42,988 nucleotides of DNA from Deltaproteobacteria bacterium (GTDB lineage Bacteria; Acidobacteriota; Holophagae; Holophagales; Holophagaceae). Position numbers and translations under genes: made by a program. Under the pieces are notes generated by a model. That model was given only the letters and a program-made list of their open reading frames with translations, ran no database searches and was not told the DNA's origin. The stretch spans positions 1 through 42,988 of the forward strand of contig JAIFMW010000111.1 of the NCBI GenBank assembly GCA_020048105.1. Direction: 5' to 3'. The first letter of the stretch is position 1. Each line of letters starts with the position of its first letter. Positions 1-9,275 of this stretch are shown here, piece by piece.

Positions 1-4
1 TTCA

Positions 5-89
5 TTTTTGGGTTTTCGCTCAAGACAGGAAAACAGCATGAACCCAGCCCATGATGGGTTTCCCCCGGAAATCCGCGAAGAACCAAAAA
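5..89. repeat. Imperfect inverted repeat (15-bp arms, 2 mismatches), REP/MITE-like
   Basis: tttttgggttttcgc (5-19) vs gcgaagaaccaaaaa (75-89); inner aaccca..tgggtt pair. Confidence 0.45.
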
Positions 90-94
90 AATTG

Positions 95-195
95 GCCACA
101 AAGAACACAAAAAACGCAAAAGGACTTGGTGTTTTCGAAGTGAACTGACGTCAGCTCATGTCCTCATCTTTTGCGCTCTATGCGTTCTTTGTGGC
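95..195. repeat. Palindromic element A: 28-bp arms made of 9-bp subrepeats
   Basis: gccacaaagaacacaaaaaacgcaaaag (95-122) vs cttttgcgctctatgcgttctttgtggc (168-195), 4 mismatches. Confidence 0.85.
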
Positions 196-298
196 TTTTT
201 TTCGGTATCGACGATTGCCCAAGCCAGGCTTTATGGTCTTTCGCTGATATTTCCGAAAGAGTTCGCAGCAGCAACATCACCCAGATTTGTGGCCATAT

Positions 299-335
299 AA
301 AAACCGATCCCCAGGATTTGTCCTCCCGGGGATCG
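299..335 (-). terminator. Rho-independent terminator of pckA
   Basis: cgatcccc...ggggatcg stem followed by gttttt on the minus strand, just after the stop. Confidence 0.7.
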
Positions 336-358
336 TTGTCCAAACTGATTTTCTGTGC

Positions 359-2005
359 TCAGGCCAGTTTGGCCAAGACATCTTTCAAGGCTTCCAAAGC
401 ATCAACCGGCAATTTGTCCGATCCGCCCAGTTCCGTATCTCGGCTCTGCACGAAGGCCAACCGATCAGCCATGCGCTTTTTGAACTCCGCACGGTAGGTT
501 GGGTCATTGAGATCCGCCGGGAAGCCCGGCCAATCCAGAATCTTCAGGTCCTGGAAGGGCTGCCAGGGCTTGAAATCGGCCTTGCCTTCCACGATGGCTT
601 CCAGAATGCCGAGGGTATCCGCAGGCTGCACCTTCTTGCCCATGAACGACCCGGTGTTCAGCACGTAGCAGGCGACACCATCGGCGATGAGGGTCTTGAA
701 GCGGTCGTAATCCAGCGCTAGCTGGTAGGTCCGGAAGGGGTTGGCATAGGGCTCCACCACCAACGCGTTAGGGTCCACGCCCGGCGCCAAACGCTCAGCA
801 GAGCTGCGTTTCGTGGCCAAGGTCGCCCCAAACACGGAGCCGAGACTCGGGCCTTCCAGTTTCACCACCGGCGGCAGCGTTTCATCCTTCATCAGCCAGA
901 AAATAGCGTTGATGGGTTCATTGATACGATCCACACGGTTGGGTGACCACAGCCGGGACTTCACGGCCCGACCATTGCCATTGCGCAGATCCTCACTCAC
1001 CACGCGCAGCGAACCATCGGGGTAGCGCGTTGCACCATTGTTCTGCAAGGTCAGAATGAACTTGTTGTCCTCGCAATCCATCGGGTAGTCCTGCGTCTTG
1101 TCGAAGTAAGCAGGCTCCAGGGCAATGGAATATTTTTCCTTCACGTTGATGATGAAGGCGTCGTCATGCACCACGGTAATGTCGTATTTGTTGTTGTGGC
1201 GAGCGTGGGTGATCGTCGATTTACCCGAACCCGAAAGGCCAAACACAGCGGCCACGTAGCTCTTATCACCGGCAAGGCTGTAGCGCTTCATGCCGCCATG
1301 GCAGGAAGCGTAACCGTGCCGAGCCGCAAGATGCCAAGCCATGGTCAGGGTGCCCTTCTTGTGCTCGCCAAAGTACCGCATGCCAAGGAGAGCAAGCGTG
1401 TTGTGTTCACTATCGAAGAAACTCAGACCCATGGGGTGATCCGGGTGCGTCCAATCCGGGTCCGAAAAGACAATAATGTCGCCCTCGGGATAGGGTTTGG
1501 ATTCGGAATACCGAGCCGCATAGACATCATTGATCCACTGGAAGTTGAGCATCCAGCTGTAAAGAAGATTGGCGTGCTCCTCGGGAATGACAAGGCGCGC
1601 CTTCACCATGAAGTCCTCGTCCAGACCCACCACCACTTGGCCCGTGATCATCTTTCGCTTGCGGGTCTGATAAATGGCCTCAACCAACTTGTTATACAAA
1701 GCCCCCTTGTCGACACCCGGCCAACCAAGGATTTGGCGAGCCGCTGCAGCGCGACCGGAGACGGCGCCATCATTCATCAACAGGGCCTTGGCGTCCTCAG
1801 GCAATCCGAGCACTTCGGGTTTGTAGACGGGCATCCCATCCAGAATTACAGTGCCAGGAGCCTGCGCCGCCAAGCGATAGGCCTCCGCCACGGTGGTGAT
1901 GGGACGCACGTTATTGCCATAAAACGCGGTCTCGACCGTGGTGCGGATCTGTGAGCTGATCTGCTTGAAGCCGTCCTTGCCTGGATAGGCGCCGATGGTT
2001 GCCAT
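359..2005 (-). CDS. pckA: Phosphoenolpyruvate carboxykinase (ATP)
   Basis: YFGEHKKG, CHGG, P-loop GLSGSGKST, VHDD, NGR motifs; SD aaggagaagagg before ATG 2005. Confidence 0.85.
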   Translation of the reverse strand: MATIGAYPGKDGFKQISSQIRTTVETAFYGNNVRPITTVAEAYRLAAQAPGTVILDGMPVYKPEVLGLPEDAKALLMNDGAVSGRAAAARQILGWPGVDKGALYNKLVEAIYQTRKRKMITGQVVVGLDEDFMVKARLVIPEEHANLLYSWMLNFQWINDVYAARYSESKPYPEGDIIVFSDPDWTHPDHPMGLSFFDSEHNTLALLGMRYFGEHKKGTLTMAWHLAARHGYASCHGGMKRYSLAGDKSYVAAVFGLSGSGKSTITHARHNNKYDITVVHDDAFIINVKEKYSIALEPAYFDKTQDYPMDCEDNKFILTLQNNGATRYPDGSLRVVSEDLRNGNGRAVKSRLWSPNRVDRINEPINAIFWLMKDETLPPVVKLEGPSLGSVFGATLATKRSSAERLAPGVDPNALVVEPYANPFRTYQLALDYDRFKTLIADGVACYVLNTGSFMGKKVQPADTLGILEAIVEGKADFKPWQPFQDLKILDWPGFPADLNDPTYRAEFKKRMADRLAFVQSRDTELGGSDKLPVDALEALKDVLAKLA

Positions 2006-2106
2006 TACCTCTTCTCCTTTTGGAAATCCGGTGAGTCGATCCGTGAAGCTGCCCAGTTCCGAGCGGATTGGGCGAATTCCCGGCATCGGCGTTAATACCG
2101 CCTATC

Positions 2107-3516
2107 TTAGCGGGTTCCGACCGATGTGCGCGCCAGATTGGCTTTTGCAACTTCCAAAAAGCGAGCCCGAGCCAATCCGTGATCAATGATGGGCTCGGAA
2201 TAGACCACGGAGCGTCGAAGGCACTCGGGTGCCTTCCAGGGGCTATGAATCCACTTCGCGGGCATGGCGCGTAGCTCCGGTATCCAGCGCTTCACGTACT
2301 CGCCTTCCGGGTCGAAGCGCTCGCCCTGGGCCGTGGGGTTGAAGACGCGGAACCACGGCTGGGCATCAACACCGCACCCTGCACTCCATTGCCAGCCCAT
2401 GTTGTTGTTGGCCCAGTCGCCGTCCACCAGCCACTTCATGTAATGGGCCTCACCGTATCGATAATCCTGAAGCAGGTGCTTTGTAAGGAAACAGGCGGCC
2501 ACCATGCGGGCACGGTTATGGACAAAGCCTTCGGCGAGCAATTGCCTGGCTGCAGCATCCACCACGGGGTACCCGGTGTGCCCGGTTTCCCAGGCGTGTC
2601 GCGCCTCGTCATCGCGCCGCCAGGGGAATGCGGAGAAAGCCTCCCGAAATGGCAGCCGCACAAGCCATGGCTTTTCCGCCAGGAGATGGTGCGCAAATTC
2701 CCGCCAGAGCAACTGGTTTTGGAAGCAAAGCGTATCCTCCGAGGGGGCATCGCATTTAGATACTGCATGCCAAAGGCTGCGCACCGAAAGAGTGCCGAAA
2801 TGCAGATCCACCGATAGCCGAGAGGTCCCTTCCTGATCCATACGATCTCGGGCAATTCGATAATCCTTAATACCACCCTCGAGGAAGGTTGCCAGCCGCT
2901 CACGTGCGACAGTTTCGCCACCCTGGAGCAGGTTCGGATTCGGCACAATGCCCAGGCCCACAAGCCCCGGCAGATCGATCCCCATTGTTTCCAGTGGAGG
3001 TAATTCACGGGGCGCCTCGAGTGGGCAGCTCACGGCTATTTGTCGATGAAAGGAGCGTGCAAAGGGCGTAAAAACGTGGTACGGGGTTCCACTCCCGGTT
3101 CGCAAGGAGCCATCTGGAGTAAGGGTTTCGCCTTCAAAAAGGCGGAAGGGGATCCCGTCGCGGCCCAGGGCTGCTTCGATCTGACGATCTCTTTCCACAC
3201 CAAAAGGCTCGCTCCAGCGATGGGCCAATACTTGATCCACTTTCCAAAGGCTGGCAAGGGCGGGAATGCGTTCCACACTGCGCCCTTCGAGTACAACCAA
3301 ACGAGATCCCCGACTGCGAAGGCTCTTTGCTAAATCCTGAAGGGAATCCAATAGAAATTGCATGCGATGAGGCAGCGCTTGAGCCTTCTCCGCAGCAAAG
3401 AAAAAGGAATCCGCAATGAAGACTGGAATCACTTCACCCTGCGAACACGCTTGAAACAGAGGAGCGTGATCCTCAACGCGAAGATCCTTGCCTCGAAACC
3501 ACACCATGCTGCGCAT
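2107..3516 (-). CDS. phrB: Deoxyribodipyrimidine photolyase (class I)
   Basis: WFR..DLR..D, TSRLS..LHFG, TGYPVVDA, HNRARM, WQWSAGCG..RVFNP. Confidence 0.92.
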   Translation of the reverse strand: MRSMVWFRGKDLRVEDHAPLFQACSQGEVIPVFIADSFFFAAEKAQALPHRMQFLLDSLQDLAKSLRSRGSRLVVLEGRSVERIPALASLWKVDQVLAHRWSEPFGVERDRQIEAALGRDGIPFRLFEGETLTPDGSLRTGSGTPYHVFTPFARSFHRQIAVSCPLEAPRELPPLETMGIDLPGLVGLGIVPNPNLLQGGETVARERLATFLEGGIKDYRIARDRMDQEGTSRLSVDLHFGTLSVRSLWHAVSKCDAPSEDTLCFQNQLLWREFAHHLLAEKPWLVRLPFREAFSAFPWRRDDEARHAWETGHTGYPVVDAAARQLLAEGFVHNRARMVAACFLTKHLLQDYRYGEAHYMKWLVDGDWANNNMGWQWSAGCGVDAQPWFRVFNPTAQGERFDPEGEYVKRWIPELRAMPAKWIHSPWKAPECLRRSVVYSEPIIDHGLARARFLEVAKANLARTSVGTR

Positions 3517-3622
3517 CCACACAGCCTAACGCTTTCACTGATATATGAGGGCGACTTCGGAAATTGACGAGATCCGTGGCATTATCGTGACGTGCCTGAA
3601 TGGCAAAGGAGCCGTTTTGTCC

Positions 3623-3949
3623 ATGACTGACGCATGCGCCATCCTCACAACCTGCGGAAGCGAAGAAACGGCCCTCACCATCGCGGCCGCTCTTGTCGAC
3701 CAGGGCTATGCAGCATGTGTGAGCATCCTTCCTGGCGTCAAAAGCTATTATTACTACCAGGGCGGGACTCACCTCGACGAGGAGGTCATGCTCATCATCA
3801 AGACAACCCAAAACCAATTTCAGGCGATCTCCCAGACCATTGCCGAACTGCACACCTACGAAGTACCTGAGATATTGATGTTCCCAGCCGAAGCAGGATC
3901 AGCTCAATTCCTCCAATGGCTCCAGAAATCAACACCCCAACAAAGCTAA
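3623..3949 (+). CDS. cutA: Divalent-cation tolerance protein CutA
   Basis: AACVSILPGVKS, E..LIIKT, HTYEVPEI; SD aaggag before ATG 3623. Confidence 0.9.
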   Translation: MTDACAILTTCGSEETALTIAAALVDQGYAACVSILPGVKSYYYYQGGTHLDEEVMLIIKTTQNQFQAISQTIAELHTYEVPEILMFPAEAGSAQFLQWLQKSTPQQS

Positions 3950-3961
3950 GAGGAAAAAGCC

Positions 3962-4930
3962 ATGGAACAGACACTAACCGGAGAATTCCTAAGGGTTGTC
4001 GAACAGGCCGCCATTGCTTGCGCTCGCAGCATCGGCCACGGCGACCGCAAACACAGTGATCACCTGGCCGTGGAAGCCATGCGCGTAGCCATGGAAACCA
4101 TTCAGATGGATGGCACCATCGTCATCGGCGAAGGCGAACGGGACGAAGCGCCCATGCTCTACGTGGGCGAAAAGGTCGGCATGGGCATGGGGTTTCCCTC
4201 CGTCGATATCGCCGTAGATCCCCTCGAAGGCACCAACCTCTGCGCAACGGGTGCGGCCAACGCCATCGCAGTGCTCGCGGCTTCGGAAAAGGGCGGTTTG
4301 CTGCATGCCCCGGATCTCTACATGAACAAGCTCGTGGTCGGCCCCGCCGCCAAAGGCATGGTCCACCTCGATGCGGAAGTGGGCGATAACCTCAACGCCA
4401 TTGCCAAATCCCTTCACCGCAAGGTGCAAGACATCACGGTAGTGGTCATGGACCGTCCTCGCCACGACAAGCTGATCGCCGATATTCGCCATGCCGGTGC
4501 TCGCATCGAGCTCATCGGGGATGGCGACCTGAGCGCCGCCATCGCTGCGGCTGTCAGCGGCACCGGGGTGCATGCGGTCATGGGCATCGGCGGTGCGCCC
4601 GAAGGCGTCCTTTCCGCAGCGGCCTTGAAGTGCCTCAACGGCGAAATCCAAGGCCGACTCATGGTTGACACCAATACGGCCAGCCGCGAGAAAGCCGAGA
4701 GCATGGGAGTGGATTTCGACCGCATCTACATGACCAACGATTTGGCACCGGGCGAGCACATTATCTTTGCCGCCGCTGGCGTCACCAACGGCAACCTGCT
4801 CAAGGGCGTGCGCTTTTTTGGCGATGGTGTGCGAACCAGCAGCCTGATCCTGAATTACAGCCCTCGCCGCGTGCGATTTGTGGAAACCGTCCACGTCGAA
4901 GCTGGGGACCATATCGCCATTCGGTTCTAG
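3962..4930 (+). CDS. glpX: Class II fructose-1,6-bisphosphatase
   Basis: [31 protein letters not shown]. Confidence 0.95.
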   Translation: MEQTLTGEFLRVVEQAAIACARSIGHGDRKHSDHLAVEAMRVAMETIQMDGTIVIGEGERDEAPMLYVGEKVGMGMGFPSVDIAVDPLEGTNLCATGAANAIAVLAASEKGGLLHAPDLYMNKLVVGPAAKGMVHLDAEVGDNLNAIAKSLHRKVQDITVVVMDRPRHDKLIADIRHAGARIELIGDGDLSAAIAAAVSGTGVHAVMGIGGAPEGVLSAAALKCLNGEIQGRLMVDTNTASREKAESMGVDFDRIYMTNDLAPGEHIIFAAAGVTNGNLLKGVRFFGDGVRTSSLILNYSPRRVRFVETVHVEAGDHIAIRF

Positions 4931-4944
4931 ATCTTTTCTTTACC

Positions 4945-4988
4945 GTCACCGAATCGTTTCCCAACCGTCTCCATTCCGAAAGGATAAT
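4945..4988 (+). promoter_or_regulatory. Putative Pho box plus -10 of phoBR
   Basis: GTCAC(4945)/GTTTC(4956)/GTCTC(4967) at 11-bp period, then GATAAT at 4983. Confidence 0.55.
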
Positions 4989-5006
4989 GAGACGTGAGGG
5001 ACGACA

Positions 5007-5711
5007 ATGGTGAGGGTTCTGGTCATCGAGGACGAGCGAGATCTTCAGCAGGTGCTGGCGTATAACCTGCGCAAAGAAGGCTATGAGGTGCTCCAGGCCG
5101 TGGATGGCCTCGAGGGGCTTCGAACCGCTAAAATTCACCATCCCGACATGATTTTGTTGGACCTGATGTTGCCTGATTTGCCAGGCACCGAGGTCTGCAA
5201 GGGACTCAAGGCCGACCCCACCACACGGGATATCCCGGTTCTCATGCTTACCGCCAAGGGTGAGGAAATCGATCGGGTACTTGGTTTCGAGCTGGGGGCC
5301 GAAGATTACGTCGTCAAACCCTTCAGTGTTCGAGAACTGCTGCTGCGTATTCAAGCCATCCTGCGACGGACGCATGGGGCCAAGTTGTCCAACCCTGAAG
5401 ATGCCCTGACTTTTGGCCGGTTGCGCATCGACACCGCCGCTCATCGCGTCTGGGTGGATGATGTTGAAGTACAGCTCACCTCCATCGAGTTCCGCCTTCT
5501 GGTCATGCTCTACGAGCGGCGCAACCGCGTTCAAACCCGCGCCTCGCTCCTAGAGGACGTCTGGGGACTGCAAGCGGATACGGAAACACGCACCGTGGAC
5601 ACGCACGTCAAGCGTCTGCGAGAAAAACTTGGGGCTGCTGAGGCCTATATCGAAACGGTGCGCGGCGTTGGCTACCGCTTTGCCGCCAGCCCTGATGAGG
5701 TTCATGCATGA
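5007..5711 (+). CDS. phoB: OmpR/PhoB-family response regulator
   Basis: REC (LLDLMLP, AEDYVVKPF) plus winged helix (RTVDTHVKRLREKL, TVRGVGY); pst context. Confidence 0.88.
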   Translation: MVRVLVIEDERDLQQVLAYNLRKEGYEVLQAVDGLEGLRTAKIHHPDMILLDLMLPDLPGTEVCKGLKADPTTRDIPVLMLTAKGEEIDRVLGFELGAEDYVVKPFSVRELLLRIQAILRRTHGAKLSNPEDALTFGRLRIDTAAHRVWVDDVEVQLTSIEFRLLVMLYERRNRVQTRASLLEDVWGLQADTETRTVDTHVKRLREKLGAAEAYIETVRGVGYRFAASPDEVHA

Positions 5712-7483
5712 GCATGGGAATTCGCGGCAAGCTCTTTCTCATTTCAATGGGACTGATTGTGTCGGCCCTGGTGGTCGCAGATCTGGTTTTGACGTCATCT
5801 CTGGATCGCAGCCTTACGGACCGAGTGCGAGCCGATCTCGGAGTGCGTGCGGTCCTCGCAGAACAAACCATCTCCCAATTAGCCCAAACAACGGCCACTC
5901 ATGCCGATGGGCATTGGCAAACGCTGGCCGTTGATCTTGGCCTTCGGAGCAAAGCTAGGATTACTGTCATCTCGCTAACGGGTGAGGTACTCGGTGATTC
6001 CAGTCTCAATGAAAACGCGGTCTCCAAAGTTGAAAATCATTTAGAACGACCCGAAGTCAGCGAGGCTTTGGCTCGCGGACATGGTGCCAGCATTCGCTAT
6101 AGCAGTACCGTCGAACAGCGCATGATGTATGTCGCCGTACCGTTTTATCGTCAGAGTCATCAAGCCGGCGTTTTGCGAATCGCCCTGCCACTCTCGCAAG
6201 TTGATCGTGCCGTTCAGGATCTCCGCAAGATTCTGGTGGCGGCTTCGCTACTGGCATTGGGCGTCGCCGGATTGATCTCCACTCTGGCCACCCGCCGCAT
6301 CAGTCACACCCTTCGGCAACTCGCCCAAACGGCTGGCCGCATGGTCGGTGGTGATCTGGGTGAGCGTACCCATACCGCCGGTCATGACGAAATTGCGACC
6401 CTCGGTAAAAGCCTGGATCATCTCGCCGCCAACCTCTCCCATACTCTCGATCAACTGCGAACCGAGCGAGATCTTCTGGGCGATATTCTCGGCGGAATGC
6501 AGGAAGGCGTGCTGGTGCTCGATGCGAAGGGCCACGTTATCCACGCCAATCCAGCCCTACGGGCCATGCTGCTGCTGGCCGCTGACATTATCGGCAAGCC
6601 GTTGCTCGATGTCATCCGCAATGCAGACCTCGTAGAGATACTCGGTGACGCCCGAGAGGACAAAGCCACCGCCACTGGTGAAGTCGAACTCTCCGGCATC
6701 AAACCCAAACGCCTCTTGGTTCAGGCCGCACCCCTCCAGGGCGGCACTGGCAATCTGCTCATGGTGCTCGTTGATGTCACGCAATTGCGCCAACTAGAAT
6801 CCATCCGCAAAGATTTCGTCGCCAACGCTTCCCATGAATTGCGCACACCCGTGGCTTCGCTACGATCCGCCGCCGAAACCCTGCGTGGCGCCATGAATGA
6901 TCCCGAGGCATCTCAGATGTTTTTGGAAATGATCGAACGCAACGCTGGCCGACTGCATCAATTGGTCGAGGATCTTCTGGACCTCTCCCGCATTGAATCC
7001 AAGGAATTTCACCTTCAACTCGAAAATCTAGACCTCACGACTTTTGCTGAGCAGATGTTGCACGCCTATGCGCGCCTGGCCCAGGACAAAACCATCCAGA
7101 TGGATGTCAGCTCCTCAGCCCCCGGAATCATGGCCCGAGCGGATCGACGCGCCTTGGAGCAGGTGATGGGCAATCTCCTGGACAACGCCATCAAGTATTG
7201 CCCTTCGGCCTCCAAGATCCAGATTCATGTCGAGTCCCAAGGGGAACGTACTCGAGTTTCGGTATCCGATACAGGTCCGGGCATTCCGCCCCAGCATCTG
7301 CCCCGCCTTTTTGAGCGTTTCTACCGAGTTGACGCCAGCCGTTCCCGCGAGCTTGGCGGCACCGGCCTCGGCCTCGCCATCGTCAAGCATCTCGTAGAAG
7401 CCATGCGGGGAACGGTGACCGTGGAAAGCGATGCCGGCAAAGGCTCCACGTTTTCCTTCACGTTGCCAAAGGCGACCTCGTAA
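5708..7483 (+). CDS. phoR: Phosphate regulon sensor histidine kinase (TM, HAMP, PAS, HisKA, HATPase)
   Basis: [47 protein letters not shown] overlap with phoB. Confidence 0.9.
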   Translation: MSMGIRGKLFLISMGLIVSALVVADLVLTSSLDRSLTDRVRADLGVRAVLAEQTISQLAQTTATHADGHWQTLAVDLGLRSKARITVISLTGEVLGDSSLNENAVSKVENHLERPEVSEALARGHGASIRYSSTVEQRMMYVAVPFYRQSHQAGVLRIALPLSQVDRAVQDLRKILVAASLLALGVAGLISTLATRRISHTLRQLAQTAGRMVGGDLGERTHTAGHDEIATLGKSLDHLAANLSHTLDQLRTERDLLGDILGGMQEGVLVLDAKGHVIHANPALRAMLLLAADIIGKPLLDVIRNADLVEILGDAREDKATATGEVELSGIKPKRLLVQAAPLQGGTGNLLMVLVDVTQLRQLESIRKDFVANASHELRTPVASLRSAAETLRGAMNDPEASQMFLEMIERNAGRLHQLVEDLLDLSRIESKEFHLQLENLDLTTFAEQMLHAYARLAQDKTIQMDVSSSAPGIMARADRRALEQVMGNLLDNAIKYCPSASKIQIHVESQGERTRVSVSDTGPGIPPQHLPRLFERFYRVDASRSRELGGTGLGLAIVKHLVEAMRGTVTVESDAGKGSTFSFTLPKATS

Positions 7484-7625
7484 AGAGTGTTCGTGGCAGT
7501 TTCATGGCCCAGGTCCTAATGGCACCGAGGACACGGTCTGTCATCCGCGATGCGGAAGCGAGGCCCCCTTCACTACAACGTGAAAACGGAGATAGAATCT
7601 CCGACATCAATTCCAAGGAGCTTCC

Positions 7626-7934
7626 ATGCCAGTGAAACCCAGCAACAAGGAAGAAGAACATTTTGCACAAATGGAGTTTGAGCGTCGGAAGCACTTGGCA
7701 AATGCTCTGGCTGAGCAATTGGCTGCCAAAGAGCGGGATGAACTCAGGGTCCTTCACTGGATGCACTGCCCTAAAGATGGATCGGAGCTCTTAGAAACCA
7801 CACTCCAAGGCGTGAAAGTTGATATCTGCTCGACCTGCGGCGGCATGTGGCTGGATGCAGGTGAACTCGATACTCTGACGGAAGCCGACAAGTCCGGAGT
7901 CCTGGGCAGTTTCCAAAAACTCTTCCGCCGATAA
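7626..7934 (+). CDS. zf-TFIIB-like zinc-ribbon protein
   Basis: CPKDG...VDICSTCGGMWLDAGEL; SD aaggag. Confidence 0.8.
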   Translation: MPVKPSNKEEEHFAQMEFERRKHLANALAEQLAAKERDELRVLHWMHCPKDGSELLETTLQGVKVDICSTCGGMWLDAGELDTLTEADKSGVLGSFQKLFRR

Positions 7935-7963
7935 ACCTCCGAAGCGCACTGCATGCCGTTGCG

Positions 7964-8287
7964 ATGAAACCCAATTTCATCCATCTAGACTATTTCATCG
8001 CCAGCACCACCACCGTACTGCTGCTACTGGGCTTGGTCTTTGCGCGCATCGAACCCTTCTACGAATCGATTTTCTTTCTGGTTGTAGGCAGTTTTCTGCT
8101 GCTCTTCCTCATGTTTCTCATCCGAGACATGGATAACCCTTTCGGCAATTACGAGAATTCATCCTCCGAAGATGTGTCGCTGAATCCGCTTGAGGCTGCT
8201 CTATCGGATCTTCAGGCCCGGGTGGCGGCGGAGCGATTGCGGGTCTCGGGTGACCTCACTCAGGATAGTGAACCCCAACCCGGGTGA
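7964..8287 (+). pseudogene. Probable C-terminal fragment of a DUF4239/bestrophin-like membrane protein
   Basis: Two TM helices followed by LIRDMDNPFG..EDVSL; N-terminal part absent, no clear SD. Confidence 0.5.
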
Positions 8288-8322
8288 TAATTAGGCCTTC
8301 CCGCACAACCAAAGGTTCTGCC

Positions 8323-9027
8323 ATGTCTCATGAATCGGCACGCCACGATCCCAGACTACAAACCCAATTGCTGGCAAGCATTCCCGATATTCCGCGGTAC
8401 GTGTATGTGAGGGCGCTCCTCCTGGACCCTGCGAGCGTGGTCGTCGGGTCACTGCAGGGAGCCGTTGTCCTTAGCTCCACGGGTCCGTTGGCCTTCGTAC
8501 ACGGCGAACCACCCAGGGATCTGCTCAGCAGCGTCCTGAAGGATGACCTGGAGGTGCTTTCGTTACGACCCATCGAAGGGCTTCCTGCGGGTTGGATTTG
8601 GGAACGTGGAACCCTGATGACACTCGGGGCTGATGATCGGTTTCAACAAGTTGGGGAGGCCATGGACCCGGTCGTGCCCCTGACCCGCGAATTGCTGGAG
8701 ATGGTGCCTGATCCACTGCGGCAGGAACTCGGGATCGCCTTCGAGACGGGCTCGGTCATGTGTATGGTCGTGGACGGCCAACCCGTTTCCTTCGCATCAG
8801 CACCGCTTTGCAGCGAATCCTATTTCGATCTCTCGGTCGATACTCTCGAGGCATTTCGGAACCGCGGCTACGCGCGCTTTTGCGCCTCTGCGGTTATGCG
8901 AGCTGAAATGGACAAAGGGCGCAACCCTGTCTGGGGTGCCAAGGATTCCAACCTGCCCTCCCTGCGGGCCGGGCAATCCCTCGGGTTCATTCCCCGAGAA
9001 CACCTATGGTTGGCCACCAAGGCCTGA
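8323..9027 (+). CDS. GNAT-family acetyltransferase
   Basis: C-terminal VDTLEAFRNRGYA..PVW..NLPSLR..SLGF. Confidence 0.8.
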   Translation: MSHESARHDPRLQTQLLASIPDIPRYVYVRALLLDPASVVVGSLQGAVVLSSTGPLAFVHGEPPRDLLSSVLKDDLEVLSLRPIEGLPAGWIWERGTLMTLGADDRFQQVGEAMDPVVPLTRELLEMVPDPLRQELGIAFETGSVMCMVVDGQPVSFASAPLCSESYFDLSVDTLEAFRNRGYARFCASAVMRAEMDKGRNPVWGAKDSNLPSLRAGQSLGFIPREHLWLATKA

Positions 9028-9275
9028 ATCACCTGGGATTCTGCCCTCGGTGTTTGGGGGGTGGATCGGAACCACGAGCGTCACGGCGCTGGGGTCTCGA
9101 GGGGCCGCCGACCCGCGAAACAGCCAATAGCAATCTTTTTGATTTGTGAGGGAATCCGCAATCCTCACCCTGACGGCCAGAACTGTCACGTGCATTTGGC
9201 TTGGCCGCCACGATCGATCTTCATCCTAATGGCATGACGAATAATGCGACCCTCGCCTTGCCCAAGGATTTCTAT

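Noticed and set aside
7484..7625. Possible riboswitch or operator (TTCAC-N6-GTGAA, cggaga..tctccg hairpin, lone CTGTCAT)
   Set aside because: Short, not matching any RNA family I can recognise, and no 11-bp repeat partner
9028..9130. Possible IS end or MITE remnant
   Set aside because: No matching terminal repeat, target duplication or transposase in the window
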